Shown: positions 37,822 to 45,627 of the stretch, piece after piece
How positions within the stretch are numbered: the stretch's first letter is position 1
How the letters are laid out: the number at the start of each line of letters is the position of its first letter
Source of the DNA: Pseudomonadota bacterium
GTDB lineage: Bacteria; Pseudomonadota; Gammaproteobacteria; Burkholderiales; JABEVD01
Assembly: GCA_021845885.1 (NCBI GenBank)
Contig: JAJZVB010000002.1
Coordinates: forward strand, 1 to 53,128
Reading direction: 5' to 3'
DNA length: 53,128 nucleotides
Translations under genes and position numbers: made by a program
Notes under the pieces: model-generated
The model's database searches: none
Told to the model about the DNA's origin: nothing
What the model saw: only the letters and a program-made list of their open reading frames with translations

Positions 37822-38468
37822 TGGATCCGGACTGCAGCCTCTGCCCGAGGCTCTCGGGTTTCCTCATTGAGGTGAGGCAATCCCATCCCGATTATCATGC
37901 GAAACCGGTTCCCCCTTTCGGCGATGAAAACGCGAGGCTGCTCGTCGTCGGCCTCGCCCCCGGGCTGCACGGCGCGAACAGGACCGGCAGGCCCTTCACG
38001 GGGGATCATGCCGGGATACTGCTCTACGAGACCCTGTACAAGTACGGCTTTTCCAGTCGGGCAAAATCGGAAAAGGACGACGATCTCGAGCTTCAAGACT
38101 GCAGGATCACCAATGCGGTGAAATGCCTGCCCCCCCAGAACAAGCCGCAGCCTTCCGAAGTGAGGCAGTGCAACGCCTATCTTTCCCGGGAGCTTTCCGG
38201 GCTCGAAGCGGGCTCGGCCGTTCTCGCCCTCGGCCTCATCGCGCACAATGCCGTGCTTGCCGCATTGAAGCAGAAAGCGGGGAAACATCCCTTCGGGCAC
38301 GGCGCGATACACGACCTTCCGGGAGGCTTGATGCTCTACGACAGCTATCACTGCAGCCGTTATAATACGCAGACGAAGCGCCTGACCCCGGAAATGTTCG
38401 AGTCGGTTTTCCGGGACATACGCGAATATCTGGGGAGAAAGCCATGCCTTACGTCAACATCAGGATAG
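37821..38468 (+). CDS. Uracil-DNA glycosylase, family 5 (UdgB-like)
   Basis: CSLCPRL, GLAPGLHGANRTGRPFTGD, NAVKC and YHCSRYN. Confidence 0.9.
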   Translation: MDPDCSLCPRLSGFLIEVRQSHPDYHAKPVPPFGDENARLLVVGLAPGLHGANRTGRPFTGDHAGILLYETLYKYGFSSRAKSEKDDDLELQDCRITNAVKCLPPQNKPQPSEVRQCNAYLSRELSGLEAGSAVLALGLIAHNAVLAALKQKAGKHPFGHGAIHDLPGGLMLYDSYHCSRYNTQTKRLTPEMFESVFRDIREYLGRKPCLTSTSG

Positions 38469-38632
38469 CCGGAACGCTCACGAGGGAGCAGAAGAAGAAA
38501 ATCGCCGAGGAAATCACCGATACGCTGGAGAGGATCGCAAATAAACCGAAATCCTATACCTACATCGCCTTCGACGAACTGCCCGACGAAAACTGGGCTA
38601 TCGGCGGGAAGCTCCTCGACGAGGAAGGTTAG
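38444..38632 (+). CDS. 4-oxalocrotonate tautomerase family protein
   Basis: Catalytic Pro after the initiator Met (MPYVNI), TREQKKKIAEEIT and NWAIGG. GGGGAG RBS. Confidence 0.9.
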   Translation: MPYVNIRIAGTLTREQKKKIAEEITDTLERIANKPKSYTYIAFDELPDENWAIGGKLLDEEG

Positions 38633-40425
38633 TGGATGACCTGAAGGCGTTCGCAGCCTCGCTCCCCCTGCAGCCCGGCGTCTACCGCATGATCGATTCG
38701 GAGGGGGCCGTGATTTACGTGGGGAAGGCGAAGGAATTGAGGAAGCGGGTTTCCTCCTATTTCCAGAAAAGCGACCATTCCCCCAGGATATCGCTGATGG
38801 TGTCGAAGATTGCTTCGATAGCAACCACCGTGACGAGGACCGAAGCGGAAGCCTTGATCCTCGAGAACAACCTCATCAAGTCGCTTGCTCCCCGCTACAA
38901 CATCCTGTTCAGGGACGACAAATCCTATCCCTACATCGCGCTCACCGGGCACGATTTCCCGAGGCTCGCCTATTATCGCGGAACGCTGGACAAGAAGAGC
39001 CGGTTTTTTGGGCCCTTCCCCAATGCAGGCGCGGCCAAGGAAGCCATCCATCTGCTTCAGAAAATATTCCGCCTGAGGACATGCGAGGACAGCGTGTACG
39101 GCAACCGTTCCCGTCCCTGCCTGCTGCACCAGATCCATCGATGCTCGGGCCCCTGCGCGGGTCTCGTATCGAAGGAAGCCTACATGGACGACGTGAAGTC
39201 CGCAGCCGATTTTTTGAACGGCAGGGAGAACGAGCTGCTCGACGAGATCGCTGAAAAAATGTACAGGGCATCCAGTGCGCTCCAATTCGAACAAGCCGCG
39301 CTTTACCGGGACCAGATGCAGTCCTTGCGCCGCGTCCAGGAAAAGCAGTACGTTTCGAGCGGAAACGCAGTGGATGCGGACGTCATCGCCTGCGCATCGA
39401 TGGGGGAGGCGATCTGCGTCAATCTCGCCATGATCAGGGGCGGGCACCATCTCGGGGACAGGAGCTTCTTTCCGAAGAATGCGGAAGGAAGCCGAATTGC
39501 AGACGTGCTCGAAGCCTTCCTTTCCCAGCATTACCTGGTCAGCCCCGCCCCTTCCCAGATCATCCTGGAAGGAAGGATGGATCTTTCCGTCCTCGAAGAC
39601 CAGCTTGCAAGGGAGGGAAAGAAGATCCATATCGTTTCCGATCCGTCCGGGGAGAAGAAGATCTGGCTCGACATGGCTGGAGAAAACGCGCGCCTCGCCC
39701 TGGTCCGGATGCTCGGGGAAAGGCTCAACGAGGCAGGCAGGCTTGAAGCGCTGAAGGAGGCATTGGGGCTGATTGAGGCGCCTGCCCGCATCGAATGCTT
39801 CGACATCAGCCACATCCAGGGGGAAGCCACCATCGCTTCCTGCGTCGTCTACGACAGGCTGGGATTGAAAAACGGGGAATACCGCAGGTACAACATCCAC
39901 GGCAAGCCGGGCGACGATTACGGGGCGATGCGCATGGCGCTGGAGAAGCGCTACAAAAGAATAGTCCAGGGGGAAGGGATATGGCCCGATCTGATCCTCA
40001 TCGACGGCGGGAAAGGGCAGGTGGGGGCGGCGAAGGAAGCGCTGATCAACCTGGGGATGGACGACGTGATGCTTGTCGGCGTGGCGAAGGGGGAGGGAAG
40101 GAAACCCGAAAATGACCGCCTGATTTTCCCGGGAAGCGAAAAACCGTTACAATTGCCGAGGGACAATCCGGGATTGCTGCTCGTGCAGAAAATCAGGGAT
40201 GAGGCGCACCGTTTCGCGATTTCTGGACATCGCGCAAAAAGGGGAAAGGTCAGGACGACATCCAGGCTGGAGGAGATCGAGGGCATAGGCGGGAAGAGGA
40301 GACAGAACCTTCTGACCCGTTTCGGCGGAATGCGCGGCGTGCTCTCCGCGAGCATAGAGGAACTGGAGCAGACGGACGGCATCAGCCGGGCGCTTGCGGA
40401 GAAAATATACCGACATTTACACTGA
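38632..40425 (+). CDS. uvrC: Excinuclease ABC subunit C
   Basis: GIY-YIG (PGVYRM...IYVGKAK.LRKRV.SYF), Cys-rich region, IECFDISH, LILIDGGKGQ, RDEAHRFA and HhH motifs. Confidence 0.98.
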   Translation: MDDLKAFAASLPLQPGVYRMIDSEGAVIYVGKAKELRKRVSSYFQKSDHSPRISLMVSKIASIATTVTRTEAEALILENNLIKSLAPRYNILFRDDKSYPYIALTGHDFPRLAYYRGTLDKKSRFFGPFPNAGAAKEAIHLLQKIFRLRTCEDSVYGNRSRPCLLHQIHRCSGPCAGLVSKEAYMDDVKSAADFLNGRENELLDEIAEKMYRASSALQFEQAALYRDQMQSLRRVQEKQYVSSGNAVDADVIACASMGEAICVNLAMIRGGHHLGDRSFFPKNAEGSRIADVLEAFLSQHYLVSPAPSQIILEGRMDLSVLEDQLAREGKKIHIVSDPSGEKKIWLDMAGENARLALVRMLGERLNEAGRLEALKEALGLIEAPARIECFDISHIQGEATIASCVVYDRLGLKNGEYRRYNIHGKPGDDYGAMRMALEKRYKRIVQGEGIWPDLILIDGGKGQVGAAKEALINLGMDDVMLVGVAKGEGRKPENDRLIFPGSEKPLQLPRDNPGLLLVQKIRDEAHRFAISGHRAKRGKVRTTSRLEEIEGIGGKRRQNLLTRFGGMRGVLSASIEELEQTDGISRALAEKIYRHLH

Positions 40426-40992
40426 ATGCCCTACACCATTCCGAATCTCCTGACCTGGCTCAGGATCCTACTGATACCGCTTTTCGTCGGCATGTTCTAT
40501 TTCCCGGATGCCTGGGTTTCCGGGGAAAACAAGAACGTCTTTTCAGCGCTGATTTTCCTTTTTGCAGCGATCACCGACTGGCTGGACGGGTATCTGGCCA
40601 GGGCTCTTGAGCAGACCTCGGCTTTCGGCGCCTTCCTCGATCCCGTTGCCGACAAGCTGATGGTCGCGGCAGCGCTCATCGTTCTGGTGAAGCTGGGGCG
40701 GGTCAACGAGCTCGTCGCCTTCATCATTATCGGGCGGGAAATCGCGATTTCCGCCCTCAGGGAATGGATGGCGAAGATAGGCGAGAGCAGGAGCGTTGCG
40801 GTATCGATGCTGGGAAAGGTCAAGACCGCGTCGCAAATGACTGCGATACTGCTCCTCCTTTATGATGGAACTGCGGACGGGATCGATTGCCTGTGGATGG
40901 GGACATGGCTGATTTATCTCGCCGCCATCCTCACCCTGGTTTCCATGGCCTATTATCTGAAGATGGCTTTGCCCTTTGCGGCCGAATCTTGA
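40426..40992 (+). CDS. pgsA: CDP-diacylglycerol--glycerol-3-phosphate 3-phosphatidyltransferase
   Basis: IPNLLTWLRI, TDWLDGYLAR, GAFLDPVADKL and GKVKT. Confidence 0.98.
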   Translation: MPYTIPNLLTWLRILLIPLFVGMFYFPDAWVSGENKNVFSALIFLFAAITDWLDGYLARALEQTSAFGAFLDPVADKLMVAAALIVLVKLGRVNELVAFIIIGREIAISALREWMAKIGESRSVAVSMLGKVKTASQMTAILLLLYDGTADGIDCLWMGTWLIYLAAILTLVSMAYYLKMALPFAAES

Positions 40993-41016
40993 CAAAAGGC
41001 TACGCCCCTTTATAAT
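40989..41016 (+). promoter_or_regulatory. Consensus sigma-70 promoter of tRNA-Gly
   Basis: TTGACA (40989-40994, containing the pgsA TGA), 16-bp spacer, TATAAT (41011-41016). Confidence 0.85.
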
Positions 41017-41030
41017 AGCGAATCTTTCAA

Positions 41031-41105
41031 GCGGGAATAGCTCAGTGGTAGAGCACAACCTTGCCAAGGTTGGGGTCGCGAGTTCGAACCTCGTTTCCCG
41101 CTCCA
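41031..41105 (+). tRNA. tRNA-Gly (anticodon GCC)
   Basis: GCGGGAATAGCTCAGTGGTAGAGCACAACCTTGCCAAGGTTGGGGTCGCGAGTTCGAACCTCGTTTCCCGCTCCA. Canonical cloverleaf in the usual position after pgsA. Confidence 0.98.
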
Positions 41106-41317
41106 AAAAAATCCTTTGAAATCCAACACACTGCACTGTCTAAACATTTCCGAAGCTGTCGGAATGCGTCTATCTTTGTCTATTTTTTCCGCCCTCAGTG
41201 CGTCAAAATTGCGTCAAGCCGTTTCGGTTGTATTTCTTAGTCTGTCCGCATGTGTCGTAACCGTTACGACAAACACACCGACATGGTCAGGGGCGGCTGC
41301 GAGCCCATCCTTAAAAC

Positions 41318-41568
41318 TTACGAATGGGTCCGGGTAATTGCCGCCACGAGTCCAATACCGGCAGCGATCAATGCCCCGAGCTTTATGGTTAATCGCAATT
41401 CCATTTGTTCGATGCGATTTTCCAGGCGCAGGATGTCCGATTTCGTGGAAATGGTTGTTTCCAGGGCTTCCCTTTCGCTTCGGCAATAGCCGAAGCCTGC
41501 TCCCGGGTAAGCCCGGCTTTCTCCAGCTTTTCCGCGGACTTTAGAGTGTCGAAAGTGGTTGTGCTCAT
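41318..41568 (-). pseudogene. Frameshifted DUF1640/CCDC90-like coiled-coil membrane protein
   Basis: MSTTTFDTLKSAEKLEKAGLTREQASAIAEA, then in a shifted frame REALETTISTKSDILRLENRIEQMELRLTIKLGALIAAGIGLVAAITRTHS*. Span is 251 nt, one base short of a whole number of codons; the shift is at about 41475. Confidence 0.8.
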
Positions 41569-41621
41569 GGTTGCAGTTTAAACTATCCCGGGGTCAAGTC
41601 CAAAATTTGCTGTAAATTCGC

Positions 41622-41649
41622 TTCTGTCGGTTCGATTCTGTCGGTTCGA
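41622..41649. repeat. Tandem duplication of TTCTGTCGGTTCGA (14 bp x2)
   Basis: Directly visible in the sequence. Confidence 0.9.
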
Positions 41650-41765
41650 TGACGTTTGGTTTTCAGCCAGCAAGGGCGACAACATTGTTGCCCTCGATAG
41701 CGGCAGTACGGGCAGTGGCCCACTCTGCGAATTCGTCCATATCGAGATAGCGGCGCTCGCAAAGC

Positions 41766-41875
41766 TGTCGAAAAAAATTACACTTGCTCATTTCGTTTCA
41801 TTTCGTTTCATCGCATAACGTATTGCATCATAACGATTTATATTTCCTATGAGAATATGTGGTACGATTTATGCT
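41766..41875 (+). promoter_or_regulatory. Sigma-54 promoter with upstream TGT-N11-ACA enhancer-like box for the PEP-CTERM gene
   Basis: TGGTACGATTTATGCT at 41860-41875 (GG-N10-GC) and TGTCGAAAAAAATTACA at 41766-41782. Confidence 0.7.
41788..41811. repeat. Tandem duplication of TTTCGTTTCA (10 bp, about 2.4 copies)
   Basis: tca-tttcgtttca-tttcgtttca-t. Confidence 0.9.
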
Positions 41876-41953
41876 CGATTTTGAAAAGGTTGCCCGTAGG
41901 CAGGGGAAAAGCGAGATTCAGGGGATCGACGGATGGCTTCGGGGGGTACTACA

Positions 41954-42700
41954 ATGAATAAGTTCAAGGTTGCGATATTGTTGGGCGGGATGTTGAGCGC
42001 GAATCTGGCGCAAGCCAGTCTGATGTCGGTGGGATCGGGGTTGGTGTACGACAATGTGGCGAACGTGACCTGGAGTTCGGATGCGAATCTGTTCGCCACG
42101 ATGCAGGCTTCGAGTCCGGGTCTCGTGGCCAACATCATCGCAATGGTGCCGGTCGTTATGGATACGCCGAATGCTTACGATACACCGTCGAACAGCGGCC
42201 ATTACAATCTGAGCTCAAGTGATTTCGGCCTGGGCTACATGGACTGGTGGGGCGGAATGGCCTTCATGGGTTATCTGAACAGCATGAATGGCGGCACGGG
42301 TTATCTGGGCCACAGCACCTGGGAACTGCCGACGACCTATGATCAGAGCTGTAACGGATACTGCACCAACAGCATGCTGGGCGAATTGTTCTACACCGGG
42401 CTGGGCGGCGTGGCGGGAACTTCCATCGCCACCGTCCACAACTCCAGCTACGGCCTGTTCACGAATATCCAGAACAACTATTACTGGTCCGGTACGGAGT
42501 ACGCGCCCAATCCAGGCGCCCCGTGGGAATTCGATACCGCCCTCGGCTACCAGAGCGCGTTCAACAAGTACGGCAACTTCTATTCGTGGGCCGTGCTTCC
42601 CGGCAATGCCGGCGCAGTCCCCGAGCCCGCGGGCCTGGCGCTGTTCGGCATCGGGTTAGCCGGATTGATGGCCGGGCGGCGGCGTCCCAGCTTCGGGTGA
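41954..42700 (+). CDS. PEP-CTERM exosortase substrate with DUF1566 (Lcl C-terminal)-like domain
   Basis: Signal peptide MNKFKVAILLGGMLSANLAQA, then LVYDNVANVTW, WELPT, LGELFY, YWSGTEY and WAV. C-terminus is VPEP + TM (AGLALFGIGLAGLMAG) + RRR. Confidence 0.92.
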   Translation: MNKFKVAILLGGMLSANLAQASLMSVGSGLVYDNVANVTWSSDANLFATMQASSPGLVANIIAMVPVVMDTPNAYDTPSNSGHYNLSSSDFGLGYMDWWGGMAFMGYLNSMNGGTGYLGHSTWELPTTYDQSCNGYCTNSMLGELFYTGLGGVAGTSIATVHNSSYGLFTNIQNNYYWSGTEYAPNPGAPWEFDTALGYQSAFNKYGNFYSWAVLPGNAGAVPEPAGLALFGIGLAGLMAGRRRPSFG

Positions 42701-42875
42701 TTCGACCCTTTCGGGAGGAATATCGACAGGCTGCTCAAAAAGGCAGGCCAAAACTGGAAAGTCATCAACTTTCGAGATGACTTTCCGGGTCGATCAATCC
42801 GGTCTGCCAAACTGAAGATGAAACAAGCGTCAGGCTGTGATCTCGGATGACCACTTCATGTTCACAGAATTGCAA

Positions 42876-42917
42876 TTGACATGGACTCATATTTCCATAA
42901 TACTTGAATCATGGAAA
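42876..42917 (+). promoter_or_regulatory. ars promoter/operator
   Basis: TTGACA (42876-42881), 17-bp spacer, AATACT (42899-42904). Inverted repeat TTTCCAT-N12-ATGGAAA (42892-42917) spans the arsR ATG. Confidence 0.65.
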
Positions 42918-43240
42918 CATTGAGTGCCGCCGAACTGCTTGCCGCCCTGGGGCATGAATCCCGCCTTTCGATTTTTCGCCTGCTCGTCGAGACAGGAGAA
43001 GAAGGCATCAATGCGAGCGCCATAGGCGAAAAATTGGGTTTGGCCCCGGCTACCCTTTCATTTCACCTGGCTCACCTGAGTCGTGTCGGACTGATCAAGG
43101 GCAGGCAGGAGAGCCGATTCATTTATTACTCGGCCGACTACGCCGTGATGGACGACCTGCTTGCGTTCCTGACCAATAACTGCTGCCAGGGCAGCCATGC
43201 CTGTCTGCCCAAAACCAACCTGTTGAAAGGGAAACCATGA
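42911..43240 (+). CDS. arsR: ArsR arsenite-responsive repressor (C-terminal CC...C type)
   Basis: ALGHESRLSIFRLLV, PATLSFHL and C-terminal NCCQGSHAC, the As(III) site pattern of the Acidithiobacillus ferrooxidans ArsR type. Confidence 0.93.
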   Translation: METLSAAELLAALGHESRLSIFRLLVETGEEGINASAIGEKLGLAPATLSFHLAHLSRVGLIKGRQESRFIYYSADYAVMDDLLAFLTNNCCQGSHACLPKTNLLKGKP

Positions 43241-43746
43241 CCGAGCGCATTTTCAACGTGCTGTTCCTCTGTACCGGCAATTCCGCCCGAAGCATCCTGG
43301 CCGAGTCCATTCTCAATCACGCAGGAAAGGGCCGTTTCCGCGCCTTCAGCGCAGGCAGCCATCCGGCGGGGAGCGTCAATCCTTTCGCGCTGGAGCTCGT
43401 CAAACAGCAGGGCATGCCGGTTTCCGAATTGCGCAGCAAAAACTGGGACGAATTCGCCGTGCCTGGCGCCCCGTTGCTCGACTTCGTCATCACGGTCTGC
43501 GACCGGGCCGCAGGCGAAGTTTGCCCGGTCTGGCCTGGACAGCCGATGACCGCCCACTGGGGCATCGAGGATCCGGCTGCCGTGGAGGGAGACGACGAAA
43601 TGAAGCGCCGTGCAGTCACAAAGGCCTTCCGCGAACTGACGACGCGCATTTCTCTTTTCGTCAGTCTGCCCATGCAGAAACTGGATACCCTGTCGCTCAA
43701 GCGCGAGCTCGATGCCATCGGCAAGCTGCGCGAAAAGGGTCAATGA
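43237..43746 (+). CDS. arsC: Arsenate reductase (LMW-PTP fold)
   Basis: LFLCTGNSARS, VITVCDRAAGEVCPVWPG and HWGIEDP. Confidence 0.92.
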   Translation: MTERIFNVLFLCTGNSARSILAESILNHAGKGRFRAFSAGSHPAGSVNPFALELVKQQGMPVSELRSKNWDEFAVPGAPLLDFVITVCDRAAGEVCPVWPGQPMTAHWGIEDPAAVEGDDEMKRRAVTKAFRELTTRISLFVSLPMQKLDTLSLKRELDAIGKLREKGQ

Positions 43747-43766
43747 CAAATATCGGGGAAACGAAC

Positions 43767-44174
43767 ATGAACAAGACCATCCTGGTGCTCTGCACCGGAA
43801 ACTCCTGCCGCTCCCAAATGGCCGAAGCCATCCTCAACCACGATCTGGCAGGAATCGTGCATGCGATTTCTGCCGGGACCAGGCCCCAGCCCAGGGTGGC
43901 TGAAGGCGCAATCGAAGCATTGAGGCTCGCCGGATTGCCCGTGGAAGGACTCCATCCCAAGGACGTGGATTCGGTCATCGATGAGGACATCGATCTCGTC
44001 GTCACCGTCTGCGACAATGCGAAGGAATCCTGCCCGGTCTTTCCCCGCAAGGTGAGGAGCATCCATCTGCCCTTCCACGATCCCCACGGCGAGCCGATCG
44101 AAAGCTTCGTCAGGGTCCGCGACGAAATCCGCGAAAGGCTGGTCCCGGCTGTCCGGGCGGCCCTCGGTCTTTGA
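43767..44174 (+). CDS. arsC: Arsenate reductase, thioredoxin-type (LMW-PTP fold)
   Basis: LVLCTGNSCRSQMAE, VTVCDNAKESCPVFP and FHDP. Alternative start at 43743. Confidence 0.92.
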   Translation: MNKTILVLCTGNSCRSQMAEAILNHDLAGIVHAISAGTRPQPRVAEGAIEALRLAGLPVEGLHPKDVDSVIDEDIDLVVTVCDNAKESCPVFPRKVRSIHLPFHDPHGEPIESFVRVRDEIRERLVPAVRAALGL

Positions 44175-44183
44175 GGCCTTGAC

Positions 44184-45278
44184 ATGACTGCGCAGTGTGA
44201 AGCAACCGCCAAGCTTGCAAGCGGCGCCCCGATGAGCTTCTTTGAGCGCTATCTGACCCTCTGGGTTTTTTTCTGCATCTTGGCGGGCATTTTCCTCGGG
44301 CAGGCTGCGCCCGGCGTTTTCCGGAGCCTGGGCAGCATGGAAGTCGCCCGGGTCAACCTTCCGGTGGGGCTCCTCATCTGGGTGATGATCATCCCTATGC
44401 TGGTGAAGGTGGATTTCGGCGCGCTGCACGAGGTGAGAAGGCATGTGCGCGGCATAGGCGTCACGCTTTTCGTGAACTGGCTGGTGAAGCCCTTCTCGAT
44501 GGCTTTCCTCGGCTGGATTTTCATACGCCATCTTTTCGTCCATCTGCTGCCTGCGGATCAACTGGACAGCTACATCGCAGGACTCATACTGCTCGCAGCC
44601 GCGCCCTGCACGGCCATGGTCTTCGTCTGGAGCCGGCTTTCCAACGGCGACCCGCTCTTCACCCTTTCCCAGGTGGCCTTGAACGACACCATCATGGTGT
44701 TCGCTTTCGCGCCCATCGTCGGCCTGCTTCTCGGCATCTCGTCGATCACCGTGCCCTGGAACACCCTGTTCACTTCCGTGGTGCTCTACATCGTCATCCC
44801 TGTCATCCTTGCACAATTCCTGCGAAGGCATCTGCTTGCCAAAGGCAATTTCGACGAAGCCATGAGAAAGACAGGGCCGTGGTCGATTTCCGCGCTGCTC
44901 ATCACCCTGGTATTGCTTTTCGCCCTTCAGGGGGAGGCGATCCTGAAGCAGCCTCTGGTGATCGCGCTGCTCGCAGTGCCCATCCTGATCCAGGTTCTTT
45001 TCAATTCTGCGCTCGCCTACTGGCTCAACCGGGCAGTCGGGGAGAAGCACAATATCGCCTGCCCTTCGGCGCTGATCGGCGCATCCAATTTCTTCGAACT
45101 CGCCGTCGCTGCCGCGATCAGCCTGTTCGGATTCCAGTCGGGGGCGGCGCTTGCCACCGTCGTCGGCGTGCTGATCGAAGTGCCGGTGATGCTGCTCGTG
45201 GTCAGGGTGGCGAACCGTTCGAAAGGCTGGTACGAGACCGGCCTCGCAAACCAAAGGAGTGATCATGAAAATGCTTGA
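44184..45278 (+). CDS. acr3: Acr3 family arsenite efflux transporter
   Basis: FFERYLTLWV, NWLVKPFSM, AAPCTAMVFVW, ASNFFELAVA and GVLIEVPVML. Confidence 0.97.
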   Translation: MTAQCEATAKLASGAPMSFFERYLTLWVFFCILAGIFLGQAAPGVFRSLGSMEVARVNLPVGLLIWVMIIPMLVKVDFGALHEVRRHVRGIGVTLFVNWLVKPFSMAFLGWIFIRHLFVHLLPADQLDSYIAGLILLAAAPCTAMVFVWSRLSNGDPLFTLSQVALNDTIMVFAFAPIVGLLLGISSITVPWNTLFTSVVLYIVIPVILAQFLRRHLLAKGNFDEAMRKTGPWSISALLITLVLLFALQGEAILKQPLVIALLAVPILIQVLFNSALAYWLNRAVGEKHNIACPSALIGASNFFELAVAAAISLFGFQSGAALATVVGVLIEVPVMLLVVRVANRSKGWYETGLANQRSDHENA

Positions 45279-45621
45279 AGTATTCGATCCCGCCATGTGC
45301 TGCTCGACCGGCGTTTGCGGCGTGGATGTCGATCCGGTGCTGGTCCAGTTCGCTGCCGATCTCAAATGGATGGAGGATCAGGGCGTTACGGTAAAACGGC
45401 ATAATCTCGGCCAGGAGCCGCAGGCATTTGCCGCCAACCCGGCCATCGTCAGGGAAATGGAAGCCGGGATGGACAGGCTGCCCATCGTGGTGATCGACGG
45501 AATCATTGTTTCCACGGGAATGTATCCCAGCCGTCAGCAGATCGCCCAGAAACTCGGCATCAGTCCCGAAGAAAATCCCCGGGTCAAGCCGGGCTGCTCC
45601 CCGGAATCGGGGTGCTGTTAG
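45265..45621 (+). CDS. arsD: Arsenite metallochaperone ArsD
   Basis: FDPAMCCSTGVCG, RHNLGQEP, YPSR and C-terminal GCC. AAGGAG RBS. Confidence 0.95.
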   Translation: MKMLEVFDPAMCCSTGVCGVDVDPVLVQFAADLKWMEDQGVTVKRHNLGQEPQAFAANPAIVREMEAGMDRLPIVVIDGIIVSTGMYPSRQQIAQKLGISPEENPRVKPGCSPESGCC

Positions 45622-45627
45622 ACCGGT

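Noticed and set aside
20561-39900. Long antisense ORFs 20561-21853, 24686-26389, 32072-33340 and 38629-39900
   Set aside because: They lie opposite cphA', nadB, lepB and uvrC and are the same shadow artefact.
26520-41105. rpoE-to-pgsA block as a novel system
   Set aside because: This is a well-known conserved proteobacterial core gene order with intact canonical motifs.
41465-41480. Programmed -1 frameshift in the DUF1640-like gene
   Set aside because: The zero-frame codons GCG AAA GGG do not form an X XXY YYZ heptamer. A deletion or sequencing error is simpler.
41600-41840. Short tandem repeats as a CRISPR array or iterons
   Set aside because: Each has only about two adjacent copies, with no spacers and no cas or rep gene.
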